Shown here: piece after piece, positions 23,879 to 37,766 of the stretch
How positions within the stretch are numbered: the stretch's first letter is position 1
Layout: each line of letters starts with the position of its first letter
NCBI GenBank assembly: GCA_012295275.1
Contig: CM022679.1
Location: forward strand, 4,712,001-4,776,000
Direction: 5' to 3'
DNA length: 64,000 nt
DNA from: Chrysomallon squamiferum
Taxonomy: Eukaryota; Animalia; Mollusca
Made by a program: the position numbers and the translations under genes
Notes under the pieces: generated by a model
Database searches by the model: none
What the model saw: only the letters and a program-made list of their open reading frames with translations
What the model was told of the DNA's origin: nothing

Positions 23879-23884
23879 AATAAA
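23879..23884 (+). terminator. Poly(A) signal downstream of the protamine-like gene
   Basis: AATAAA (tandem AATAAATAAA) about 235 nt after the stop. Confidence 0.5.
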
Positions 23885-24827
23885 TAAATATACATCGTCG
23901 TACGTATCTTTATTTTTAATGAAGCGTTGAGACTTGTGCAACAACACTGCCCTATCGTTACGTCACGAGCTTGACCTTATTCGGTGGCGAAAAAACAAAC
24001 AAAAAACAACACCCCCCCCCATAAATAATAATAATAATAATCTAATAAAAAATAAATAAAATGCTTTACAGTTAGTGTGGAGAAACAGAGTTTACCTTGA
24101 AGTTCTAAGTTTATATATATATATAAATCTGATTTTTTAAATAGTAGTGTTTTTAATTTCATTATGTCTATTAATATTATGAATCACTTTCATTAGTTAG
24201 TGATCAGGTGAACATGCGTATTTTCAAAATTTTCCATTGAAATAGACACAAAACAAAACGCACACACACACACACACACACAGAGAACATACACATATTT
24301 GTTTACTTAAAATTATTCTTCACATAACTTGATTTCAGTCTTTAAACAGTAGTTAAACATAAACATATTTATAGTCATGTTACGCATGTTTCTAAATATA
24401 GACCTGAACAATTTCAAGTAAGACATGAAATAAAACCAAAGATCTTTAGTAAAATAAGTAAATGTCATTTCATTGTCACAACCACAACAACAGCAATAAC
24501 AGAGAAAAAGAACAACTTAAAAAATAGTTTATTTTGAATGTGACAGCATATAAAAATACAATGTAGGATTAAGACAAGATTAATAGTATATATATGTGTC
24601 TGTATGTGTGTAGGTATGTACATGTGTTTATGTGTGTATGTACATGTGTGTATTTGTGTGTAAATATGTTTGTGTATATGTGTGTGTGTATGATAGGAGA
24701 GATTGGTGCGTAGTGTGTGCATCTAAAAATAGCACTACTTGATATTTACATAACATAAGCATATTTTTATTTTTGTAAAAATAAGGACAAATATATATTT
24801 GAACTGTAAAATTAACATACTGCAAAG

Positions 24828-24859
<32 letters not shown>

Positions 24860-25926
24860 TAAAAACAAAAAACTAATATCAGCATTGTGTTTATCCAGAG
24901 AATGTATTCACACACACACACACACACACATATGCATGCACAGACATGCACACACACACATACACACACATGCACACAAATATACATCAGTAAACATCTA
25001 TAAATAATTTATAAGTGTATACATACACTAAGAATTTGCTACAAGACAAGGCATTAATATACATTTACTAACAAGTGAATCCTTTTATCTCATTTCTGTC
25101 TGAATTTTCAAAGCTGTTCTGAATAGAAACCCACCAATAACAGACATAAACATGTAAACAGTGTGTGTGTGTGTGTGTGTGTGTGTGAGTGTGTGAGTGT
25201 GTATATCTCTGTATGTGTATGTATGTGTGTATGTATGTATGTTTGTATGCATGCATGTAATTATATCATATATTAAATACAGGAAGTGTATACATATGTT
25301 GAAATTTGTGGTAAAATGTACATACAGACTGAAAGAATGTGTCTTTCTAGGCATACTGAAATACATACATATACACAAGCATACAGACAGAAACAATATT
25401 TATATTATTGTCTAGCCTAAAATGGACAAATAAACCAGTAATTACTAATGTGACTAGTAAGTGGAACATATCACAAATTAGGACTAATATTTCACCGGTG
25501 GAAACTTGGAGACAGTACCACTGGTATTCAGTTTCTGTACTAATAAAAACAGTTTAAGTTACTTTTAATTGTTTAGTTATCAATGCACTCACTATCCACT
25601 CATTACTTAGCTCATAAAATCAAAATTTTATTTATTTCTTAAAATGAAGGATGTTAATCGATTCCACCGTATTTCCATCACTGGAGGTAGTTACTATTTC
25701 AGATAATCAACATTCTGTTGTAAGTAAATTTATATTTCCCTCACAGTTCCAGATACTGTATCAGAAAATATGTAAATGAGCGAATGTAAGAGCAAACTAA
25801 ATATGTATGTTCACAATGTAAATCATGAAATTAATGTAAGTGACCTCGCTTTGAAATACTACTTCCCTAAGAACAAACAAGATGTCTTCATGTGGGTTTT
25901 TTTCAACATTTTTTTGTTTGTTTTAA

Positions 25927-25972
<46 letters not shown>

Positions 25973-26834
25973 CTGCTTGTTTTTTGAATTTCAAAATTTC
26001 TTAACCTATATTGTCTGGCAATGTAAAACATCTTTGTTCATTTTATTTGAAAATGTTATCTATAAAGTATAAAAATATTTTTATTTACACATGTAAAGGA
26101 CAATTTGCGTACGATTTAGGAGCTATAAAAATGGAGTGCTGGATTCACAATTCAAATGTTTGGTCATTTGTCATGTAAAAAGTACAAAACTATTTTGGTT
26201 CAAAATTGCAATATACAATCCATTTCATTCTAATTTTCATTTAAACATTATAAAAAATACTTAACTTCACAGTTCTAATATAGAATCATTTATCACTGAA
26301 GTATTACAAAATAATACTTTCAGGCATATAAATGTAATGATTAAACTATTTCTTTCACTGATCATGTACAATGAATGAAAATATTTTTGTTTGTCTATTC
26401 TAAATAAAATGACTCTCTCTCTCTCTCTTTCTGCAAACTACTGTCGTTATTAAGGTATGTATTCTAAGAAAGATTCATAAAAAAAAATACTTAAAAAATT
26501 AAATTTTATTTCTGTATTCACAATATACTAGGTCATTAAGATTTTTTTTTTAGTTTTTTTTTTTATCAGGTTCAGTTAGCCAGGTATATCAACATGAATA
26601 CTAAAAAAACATTCTGTGAATAAAAGTACATCTATGGCCAATTTTGTTTAATTTCTTTCAGCAAATGCACACTTACAAACTACCCTGTTTTCAGTTTTTT
26701 TTTTATTTGGTGGCTTTTTACAACATTTTCAAATTGGCTTTTGCAACACTGTCATTTCTCCTTTTCTCTTTCATTCTTCTGGAGAAAGGAGGTATGGAAT
26801 TTAGTGTTTGTTTTAAAAGTGTAACTAGTTTGTT

Positions 26835-26987
26835 CACAATTTAGTGACAGTACCACTGTTGCGTCTCAGAATTTAGTGACAGTACCACTGTTGTATCTCA
26901 CAATTTAGTAACAGTACCACTGTTGTATCTCACAATTTAGACACAGTACCACTGTTGTATCTCACAATCTAGCAACACTACCATTGC
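26835..26987. repeat. 32-bp tandem repeat (~4.7 copies, CACAATTTAGTGACAGTACCACTGTTGTATCT) in the presumptive 3' UTR of the BCAP-like gene
   Basis: Direct inspection. Starts about 70 nt past the TAG at 27056. Confidence 0.85.
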
Positions 26988-27055
26988 TTTATGATGTGTT
27001 GGTCACAGATTAGAAGAACATGAAGTTGCATAGTTCAAGAGAAGTCTTTCACAAA

Positions 27056-28804
27056 CTATCTTTTGTCTGACCGCAAGGGTAAATTAGGAGCGTTTTCTAC
27101 TTTTTCTTCAAGGGCTCTGATAACACGAATAGACTTTTTTCTCTCCTGGAAAAAAAAAAAATATAAATATATATATAATAAATAAATAAATAAATATATA
27201 AGTAAATAAATAATAACAACACACACACATATATTTTATTTTTTTTATTTATTCTTTGCAAGATAATTAACAAAATCTAGCATATACAACAATATGCATG
27301 CATGAAAATATCATGGTGCAGAACAATATATTTACTGAAAATATAAACCTTCATGCATGCACATTTGATCAATAATGCTTTTCATGCTGTTTAATATGCA
27401 AAAAAAAGTGACACACAGAATCACCCAGTACAGATAGGTTGCAAGAAGTACTTGAAACAAACAGACAAAACATTTGTACACACAGGCACATAGATACACA
27501 CATGAAGAAAACACACACAAATACATCACTACTCATGACAGTCGAATACAAACACAACACAACAGACTAAAACTCTTATTAAGTGGAGGTAGAAAAGAAT
27601 CTACAAAAAAACAGTGTTAAATATTCCACTTAAAGAGACAGAGAAAAATATCCAGTCTGAACAGAAAAAAAAAAAAAAAAATCCTAACACACTATAAAAA
27701 AGAGCAGACAGCGTAGTACTCTTCAGAAAAAATAAAAGTAAAAAAACATCTAATACCGTTTATATGAAAACAGAAATTTTTTAGAAATCACCTTTAATGA
27801 GAGGAAGTAAAGAATTAAACATTTTTCTTTAAAAAAAAGGAGAGAAAAGAGTTCAGAAAGAAAAGATAAAAATCTATTCACATCTGACAACACTTACCAA
27901 AAAACTTTTTCCCTTTCCAAACTGTTTCTTGCAAGAACGCTGAAAAAAACAAAACAAGACAAAATAATTAAAGATAATATTAAGTCTCGGAAAACATAGC
28001 TGTGAGTTGCCGCTAATATAAAACATCATATCAGACAGGATCACCAGTTCAGTAAACTAGTGAAGTTCAGAGTTAAATTTTAAACGTAGATGCAGGAAAT
28101 ATCGATATTAACGACTTCTTGACATTATAAAAGAAACAAAAATTCACTGTAAGTAAAATGTGTTGCAAATTTTATATAAATTAAGGTCAATGTTAAAGAG
28201 AATGAAGGTCACATATATCACTGACTATTTTGTTTTCCATGGCAGGCATCCTGGATAGGAATGTTAAATATGTAGATCTGTTTATAAATTTAATATTAAT
28301 ATATATATATATAAAACAAATCCCAATCTGGACCCTGTCTATTTTGCAATATAAAAACAAAATGGTGTAAAGTAATAAAATCTGTGGTCATGTTATAAGT
28401 TTTTGAAATATATTATCACTTAAATCCAAACAATTCAAAAAATTAAAAACCGAAAAAAAAAACAACAACACACAAAATAACCTTTAAAATAACAGCTGAT
28501 GGTATGGTCATAGTATAATTATTTGATAAATGTTCTAAACTCCAAAACTGATATAAATAATGAAAGAAGCAAAGAAGGAAAAGGAAAGAAGGACACATAC
28601 TGGACTTCCTGCCTCTTTGTCGTCTTCCTCGTCGCTATAGCTACCACTGTCTCTTTCCAGTTCTGCGGTGTGTGAATATTTTCCTGAAACACAATTTTTA
28701 GTTAGCATCAGAAACAACAGTTTTTCTAAAATAACAGTTAGCATCAGACACTCACTTGAAATAACAGTTTTGTCTAAAATAACAGTTACACAGACACACA
28801 CACA

Positions 28805-28842
<38 letters not shown>

Positions 28843-28934
28843 CTCACTTGACACTTTTTGTCTAAAATAACACTACACACACACACACACAGTTTTTGTC
28901 TAAAATAACAGTTACACACACACACACAGACACA

Positions 28935-28994
<60 letters not shown>

Positions 28995-29075
28995 GACACT
29001 CACTTGACACCAGTTTTGTCTAAAATAACAGAAAAAACTTTGAGTTTTGTCTAAAATAACAGTCACACACACAAT

Positions 29076-29106
<31 letters not shown>

Positions 29107-30069
29107 ACACACACACACACACTGGCCATGAACACACACACACACACATACACACACTGTTGTCACTGGTCTAAAATAACAGTCACACACACACACAATA
29201 CACATGTTTCACTACTTTGTATGTATACACACACACAATACACATGTTTACACACACACACACACACACTGTATGAATACACACAGACACAATACACATG
29301 TTTACACACAGTGGGTATGAATACACACACATGTTTACTGGTATGAATACACACATACACAATACACATGTTTACTGGTATGAATACACACAGACACAAT
29401 ACACATGTTTACTGGTATGTATACACACAGACACAATACACATGTTTACTGGTATGAATACACACAGACACAATACACATGTTTACTGGTATGAATACAC
29501 ACAGACACAATACACATGTGTACTGGTATGAATACACACATATATACATAAAAACTATTCACATGTGTACATACACAGATACATACATACATACATACAC
29601 TCATACACACATACATACAAGCATACATGTTGTGTATATACATACATACATACATACACATAAAGACATACACACATACATACATACAAATACATATAAA
29701 CATACATACATACCTATATACAAACACATGCATGAAAATATACAATTTTACAAACATACTCACATACATACATAAATATATATAAATATATATATACACA
29801 GATGTGCTATAAACACAAACTCAGATGTGCTAAATGAAGTGCATATAATTATATATATGCGTGTAAATGTGCATACATGCTGTCAGCAATTCTTACTGCT
29901 ATGCACTGATGCACAAAAATGCTGACATCAGTTTCATGTGTAAATATCAAAACAAATGTTCATGCAGTGTATATTTATAAACAATTAGGATACAAAACAG
30001 TCTTTTAATGAAAAAAAACTTTAAAAAAAAACAAAATAAATAAATAAAAATAAAAATAATAAAAATAAA

Positions 30070-30110
<41 letters not shown>

Positions 30111-33100
30111 GTTAAAATAAGTTAAAAAAAAGAAAAAAAAAGAGAAACAAAATGAATGAATTTTGAAAAAAAATAACAATGAACGCACTCTACACTAAAT
30201 TAACTTACTGCATGCTTTTTGTAGTAATTTGGTCAAAGATATTGATAAATGTACAACACTTAAAGTTACCTAATTAAATATTGACTAACCTCATGCATAT
30301 TCAACTACACAAATTAACTTAACCTCTTCATTACCGAGGTAGGTATCATCATTTATTATTAATAATTTGAATTATAATATCAGAATAGCCAGGCATTTTA
30401 ATGGACTTAAAAAAAGAAATGACCACCATAATGGTCATTTTAACCAGCTGTTTTCATTGCAGACACTTATATATGCAAACTGACTTATGAAATATTATGC
30501 ATTATATTTAATATTATACACTGTATGTTAAATATGCAAATTAAGCAAACCATTGTTTCACTGTTATAAACTATAGTTAAATAAGTAAACTGACTTACTT
30601 CCAGCACTGACGCTTTTGTTCAGATTTTGAAAAAGTCTTGTGGTGGAAGTTACTTTTGTCTTCTGCAATGAAAAATAAATAAATAAATAAATAAATAAAC
30701 AAAGAAACAAATGTAAGACCCCCCAAAACATTTTTAATGGTGATTTAGGTATTTTAAAATTTTTAAATATTCCACTTAGTTTTGTTACGTAGAAGCAAAA
30801 AAAAAAAAAAAAAAAATTCATAAGCTAATATTCAGTCAGTCAATCAATAAGTTAGTCAGTGAGTCTATCATTCATTCAATCAGTCATACAGTTAATCAAT
30901 CATTCAATCAGTGAGTCAGTGAAGCAGTCAGAATTACTTTAACAAATATCAACCGTCAAGTTTTTGGGGATCGAATCACATCCTAACCAAATATTTGTTC
31001 CAAAAGAAGATTTGATTTCTTGCTTAAGATACCTCATATCATTTTTTAAAAACTCATCAATCTGTTTACCATTTTTATCTTTTTTGTCATTATGTCATTT
31101 AAACTTAAATATTTTAATCAGCAAACCTTGCTCTGATCAGCTTTTGATGTGATGTCAGACTCACTGGGGTGTCTTCGGAATTTGTTCAAGAATTTAGAAA
31201 ATCGTCCAGTTTTTTTACCCTCTCCTGGCATCGATGGTGAGATCTAGAAAAACATAAAACAGTCATTGTTAGCTAACTGTACACTCAAATACACGCATTC
31301 TCCTTCCTTCTCTCAATCTCTCTTGTCTGTCTGTGTGTTTGTGTGTTTGTCTGTGTATTTATCTATATTTATCTGAGCATCTGTGTATCTGTCTGTTTTT
31401 GTCTGTGTCTATTTATCTGTCTGTCTGCCAGTTTGACTGTCTATCTATTTATCATCTATTATCTGTTATTGCTCTCTTTCTCTCTCAGTGAGCTGGACAA
31501 ACATAAAGATAAAGATATCATGCACACACACACACACACACAAAGACACACACACACACACACAAAACACACACACACAGACACATTAAATACACACAGC
31601 TGCAAAAACAAACCTGTCCAGTGAAAACAGCATCGTCTTTCTCATCGTCTGGAATTCGTTCGTAGGCTCCCGAACATCGGATCTCCTGCTGAATGTGCTG
31701 CAGAGGGGCCATCGTGCGCTCCGTACCCAGGGAGAATGACCTCGGCTTCGTTGGCGACGGTGGCATCGTGCAGGCGCCGGCCCTCTGCTCCCCCACGCAG
31801 ACCCGAGGTGGGGCGTGGCTGGCGAGCCCCAGCCCCACCCCCCCATGCCTCTCTGACATGCTCTGCGCTTTGGTCGGCTTCTTCTGGATCTTTGACAACA
31901 CCTCTGTCAGCGATTCCGGTTTTTCTGAGCACGGGTCGCGATGACCGGACCTGAGGGGGCTGAGTCCATCGGGGGGAACGCAGTCGTCTGAACCTGAGCG
32001 AGGGAGTGAAAGAACGAATGAGTGAGTGAGTGAGTGAACGAATGAATGAATGAGGGAGGGAGGGAGGGAGGGAGTGAATGAATGAATGAGGGAGGGAGGG
32101 AGGGAGTGAATGAATGAATGAGGGAGGGAGGGAGTGAACGAATGAATGAGTGAGGGAGTGAGGGAATGAACGAATGAGTGAGGGAGTGAGGGAATGAATG
32201 AATGAATGAATGGACAGATAAGCAAACAAATGAGCAAATGAATGAATAATTTATTTAGCTGACCATGTATGTATTAAGTTCTCTCTCTTTCAGTGTTGAT
32301 ATTTTTATGTTAATCTCTCTGTGTGTTAATGTTTTTAGTTTATGTGTGTGTGTGTGTGTGTGTGTTTTGTGTGAGTGTGTATGTACGTGCTTGTTGTGAA
32401 TGTGTTTGTATGTGTCTATGTGTGTGAGTATGTGTGTATATAATGTGTGAGGGTGTATGTTCATATGTTTTTGTATATCTGTGTATGTATTTGCATGTGT
32501 TTATGTGTGTTCATGTGTTCATGTGTGTGAGTGTGTGTATACATATGTATGTGACTGGGTGTGTAAGTGTGTGTGTGTGTGTGTGTTTGAAGTAAATTGG
32601 TAATAGAACTAACTGTCAGAATTGTCGTTGTCAAACGTGATACTTGAACTTGATGATTCGGCATGAAATCGGCCAATTTCAGCTTAAAAACACAAGAAAA
32701 CAGAAATCAGCAAACGTATTATAAACTGAAAACATAAATTTATTTTAATTATAAAGAGTAATTTATTCTGAAAGAATAACATGTATCATTGTCAGTGATT
32801 GTATGTAGCCATACATTTGTGTGTGCTGGTATATATATATATATTTATATGTATATATATATATATACAGATGTAGATATATATGTATGTTTATGTAAGT
32901 GTGTCTGTGTATGTGTATATATACCTATGTGTGGGTATAAATGTATCTGTATGTATATGTATGTCTGCCTATCCTGTTTCTCTTCTTATATGTATGTATG
33001 TGTGTCAGTGTGTGTGTGTGTGTGTGTGTATATATATTTATGTGTCCATATGTGTATGTGTGTCTCTCTATGTATGTATATTAGTATCTATTCATCATAT

Positions 33101-33112
33101 TATGTGTGTATG

Positions 33113-33147
<35 letters not shown>

Positions 33148-33638
33148 ATTTAATAGTATAATGGTAGATAGCTAGGTGGATGTTTAGCTATGTATATAAA
33201 CAGCTATGTTGATGTATAGCTATGTCGATATATAGCTATATGGATATCCAATATAATAAGCATGCTGGGTTAGCAATATGACAGTGGTTAGTATGCTGCT
33301 ATCTAAATACATCTATATACATTGTTAATAGAACATTTTCTGGTTTTTCTCAGACAATTTAACACTCACTAATTTACCGTTAATCAGTATTATTACTACC
33401 ATCTTCTGACTTACAGTAAAATATATTATCAATAGTAGTATTAATTAGTATTATAATTATTGTGTTGTTTATAATCATATTTATTGTTTTTATAATTGAT
33501 TTATCTTTATCAGTATTATTATTATTATTATTATTATTATTTATTTATTATTAATCGTTATCATCATCATTATTATTATCATCCTTATCATTATTATCTA
33601 GTATTATTATTGTTATTATTATTAAATTGTTATAATTA

Positions 33639-33674
<36 letters not shown>

Positions 33675-33707
33675 AAGTATTATTTTAATATTATTTAATT
33701 ATTATTA

Positions 33708-33764
<57 letters not shown>

Positions 33765-34614
33765 GGTTTATAATTAATAGTTAACCTAGACTAAGAGTTT
33801 TGGATCGGGGTTTTGGTACTGGTTTTTGGGCGTGTTCTACCACCTTCCTGGTACTTGGTTTCACTGTGGAAAACAACAGTCATCTATGAAATACCTTCAC
33901 AGACCACAAAGTGCCCTTTTGACAACTGTCAACTGTCATGTTTGTTATTATATGTGTGTGCAAACATAAAAATGTTTATAAAAGAATAGACTGTAATTTT
34001 AGTAATGTTGCTAATATTAATAATTATATATACATATAAATAAAATTAAAATAATGACATTAAAAAAAACTAATACAAAGAATACTAATGGTAGCAGTAA
34101 TAGTAGTAGTAGTAGTAATAGTAATAGTAATAATAATAATAATAATAACAATCACAATATTATCACTTTTATAATTATTATTATAACAAAATAAAATATC
34201 ATCATCAAATTCTTCATCAGAACAAAGATAATCACCATTATTATTATTATTATTATTTTTGTAATTATTATTGTCATCACTTTTATCATCACCGTTATTT
34301 TCATAAAAAGAAAATTTGTCATTTTTAACATTTACCGGCAATTTCAGGATTCTCCATATTCAGGTAGGAATCTTCGGAATCATCACCTGGGGGGACATTA
34401 ACATACCCTCCCCTGGGTCCAGAACAGGGAGTGGGTGGTGCAGCATCAACGACAACACCACTATCAGGATGTTTACCTGAAAATGCCATCGACAGGGTTT
34501 CAGTTCACCTTTCCTTTTATTTAATTTTTACATCACTTTTAGTCAGACCGAATCTGGGGCTAACAATACACAATAATCTAAAATGTATGATAGCAGTTTC
34601 AGGCTAATATTTAC

Positions 34615-34653
<39 letters not shown>

Positions 34654-34720
34654 TTTTGTAAATGAATATTTAATAATTTTACTTCATTTTGCAGAAGATG
34701 TAGCGATGGAAGCAGTAAAG

Positions 34721-34754
<34 letters not shown>

Positions 34755-34815
34755 CTTACGCAAACATGCATTTATACACATATACACACATTTATAAGCA
34801 TCCCCACCCACTGAC

Positions 34816-34859
<44 letters not shown>

Positions 34860-35627
34860 CTACATCTATTTAAGCACATGAAGCTGTTTTTAACCTATAA
34901 CACTGCAGGAATGAAAGTTTTGAGTTTGCATCCTCATTCCAGTTAATCTCTAAACTGATCACTGATAGAATTTATTATATGAATGTGTGTGTATACATAC
35001 GTATATATATATATTTAAAAATTAATAATCAGAGGTAATTGGTTTTATGATCCAATTTTCATTTCTTTGTTCACAGTTACATGCCAAAAGAGTCTAATGT
35101 GTTGAATTTCACCAAGTATTTTTGTGAAATGAAAAGTTATTTTGATACTCATCAATAATTTAAAAAAAAAAATAAAATAAAATAAAATAAATAAATAAAT
35201 AAATATTATAAATAAATAAATAAATACTTAAATAATTTTAAAAAAGCCTTATACTTTTGAACTTATGTGAATTTTGATAATAAACTGCTGTCCACAGAAA
35301 TGGTCAAAAATTGAATTTTCAAATTTTCTCAGATGCAAAAGAAAACCTTTCATTTTCAGAAAGATAAATAATTAAATTAATAAAGCCTTCTAAAAATGAT
35401 CTGTGTAAAAAAAAAAAAAAAAAAATATGCAGCCATAAATGCTCACAATGAAATGTCTGTGTGTCTAGTCATCTGTTTGGCTGTGTGATGTAAAACAAAA
35501 CCATTGTGAAATGAACCGTATCTTCAACGATATGTTTTTTGGTGATAACAAGAAAGCAACAACATTTCTTTATCACCTTGAATCATGGCAAAAATGTGCT
35601 TCATACTAAAGTGTCTTTATGAAAATA

Positions 35628-35664
<37 letters not shown>

Positions 35665-37251
35665 TACATATATAAATGTATGTCTGTGTGTGTGTGTATA
35701 TGTATGTATATATACATATACACACACACACACACACACATATACCCATACACACACACATATACACAAACACATCCACATACAAAATATGATGTAGATG
35801 AACAGATCTGACAGACTGACTGACTGACTCACAGACAGACAGACAGACAGACAGACACACAGACAGACAAAAACAAAAAAAACAACCACATTTACGTGCT
35901 GCTGAAGCATTACGAAAGCATGAAACGAATGTAAAACTCACCGTATTTGGCTACGTACGAATATAACATTTCCCCGAGGCTGGCGAATCCTTTTTCTCTC
36001 GCAATTTCACACGGGTATTTCTCCCTGACATTTGCAGTCATTGCTGCATTCACCATGCCCGGGTATTTGAGAAGTTCGGTGGCGAAGTGCTCAAGGTTGT
36101 ATTCCGCTGCGAAGTGCAGAACTGTCGGCCACACTTCACTGCTGGTCTCTTCTGTAGATTGATGCGAAAAACAGTTAATGACAGTGAAAGTGAAAGTGAA
36201 AGTAAGAAACAAAGAAGGAAAAGAAACATAATGACAAGCGAAGGATGAAAGAAACTGAGAAAGGGAAGAACGGAAGAAAAGGAAGAATGGAAGAAAGGGA
36301 AGAATGGAAGAAAGGGAAGGATGGAAGAAAGGAATGATGGAAGAAAGGGAGAATGGAAGAAAGGAAGGATGGAAGAAAGGGAGAATGGAAGAAAGGGAAG
36401 AATGGAAGAAAAGGAAGAATTGAAGAAAGGAAGAATGGAAGAAAGGGAAGAATGGAAGAAAAAAGAAAAGCAGAATAGATAGAAGATGAACAGAAAAAAA
36501 AAAAAAACCAAAGAAACAAAGAAAAGAAGAAAAAGAATGGAAGGAAGAAAAAAAAAAAAACACAAACAAATGTTACACCAACGAACCCCACCCACTGAAA
36601 AAAGATTGACCAATCGAAACAGTTGTTACATCTGCACCAACCTCCATGTTCCTGAGACTCGAACACCTGCATCATGAAAGGCATGGCGTTCTTGGGCAGG
36701 TTGTCCTTCACCTGGTCCGCCAGTTTCTTATCTAGTGTGGCTGTGTCTGCAGGAATTCCCAGAGCCTGACACATCAGTGTCAGAGGACTGGTGCTGTCTT
36801 CTAGAAGAGATCGGAGTTGTTCCAGTTTGGTCGACATTGTTGCCAAGTGTTTTCCGATATTCTTGTTCTCACTTTCCACTCTGAAGTGGACAGAACCCGA
36901 AGTCTCTTCTGAAACAGAGCAACTCAAAAGTTTTACAAGATTTCAGACTAAACAATTCAAAGTTTTAGTAGATTTCAGACTAAAGTAGTCCAAGTTTTTG
37001 TAGATTTAAGACTGAAATATCAAAGTATTAGTAGATTTCAAACTAAAATATTCAAAGTAAAGTACAGGTAATAAATGTGCTTACCTGGAATAGTGAATTT
37101 ATAAAGTGCATGATCCAGGTGTTTGGCTGGGATTGTTTTTACACCTGGTTTCTCGATGATGATGTTGACAGCTTCGTCTGCTTTGTGGTCGAGAAGCAGA
37201 TACAGCTCACTGCCAGACTGTGTAAAAATAGAAACAATTAATTAGTGTTTG

Positions 37252-37293
<42 letters not shown>

Positions 37294-37702
37294 AAGTTTG
37301 GTCACTGTAATTAAAGCTAACTTTTAGAAGATAAAAAGTGATTATCTGATATGAAAGGACCTGACAGTTCTAGATAAGAAACCTGTTAATTCTCAATAAA
37401 AGTTGATTATCTTGTCTTGATAATAATAATATAAAAAAATATTTAAAAAAAAAAAATATATATATATATATCAAAAGACTGACAGTTCTAAATAAAACAT
37501 TATTATCTAAAAATATATCTTGATAATTCTAAATAATCTGATATTAAAACAACTTGACTTTTCTAATTAAAACTTCATTATCAGAATTGAACTTTTACTT
37601 AAGTTAACAATCACACCATTGTAAATAAGCCTGAAAATATTATTTTTCTATATTATATATGTGTCTCTGTGTGTGTGCATGTGTGTGTGTGTGTGTGTGT
37701 GT

Positions 37703-37766
<64 letters not shown>

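Noticed and set aside
26835-26987. CAGUGG in the 3' UTR repeat as an iron-responsive element
   Set aside because: The flanking 5-mers (UACAA / UACUG) do not form the required upper stem.
31642-32237. Long overlapping ORFs with HSFIHSLPPS-type repeats
   Set aside because: The N-terminal parts come from a GAAT/GGGA microsatellite in the intron. Only 31993-31614 fits the spliced frame.
36186-36203. GAAAGTGAAAGTGAAAGT as an ISRE/IRF site
   Set aside because: It coincides with the polypyrimidine tract of the minus-strand acceptor at 36152 next to a purine-rich repeat, so it is explained without a regulatory role.
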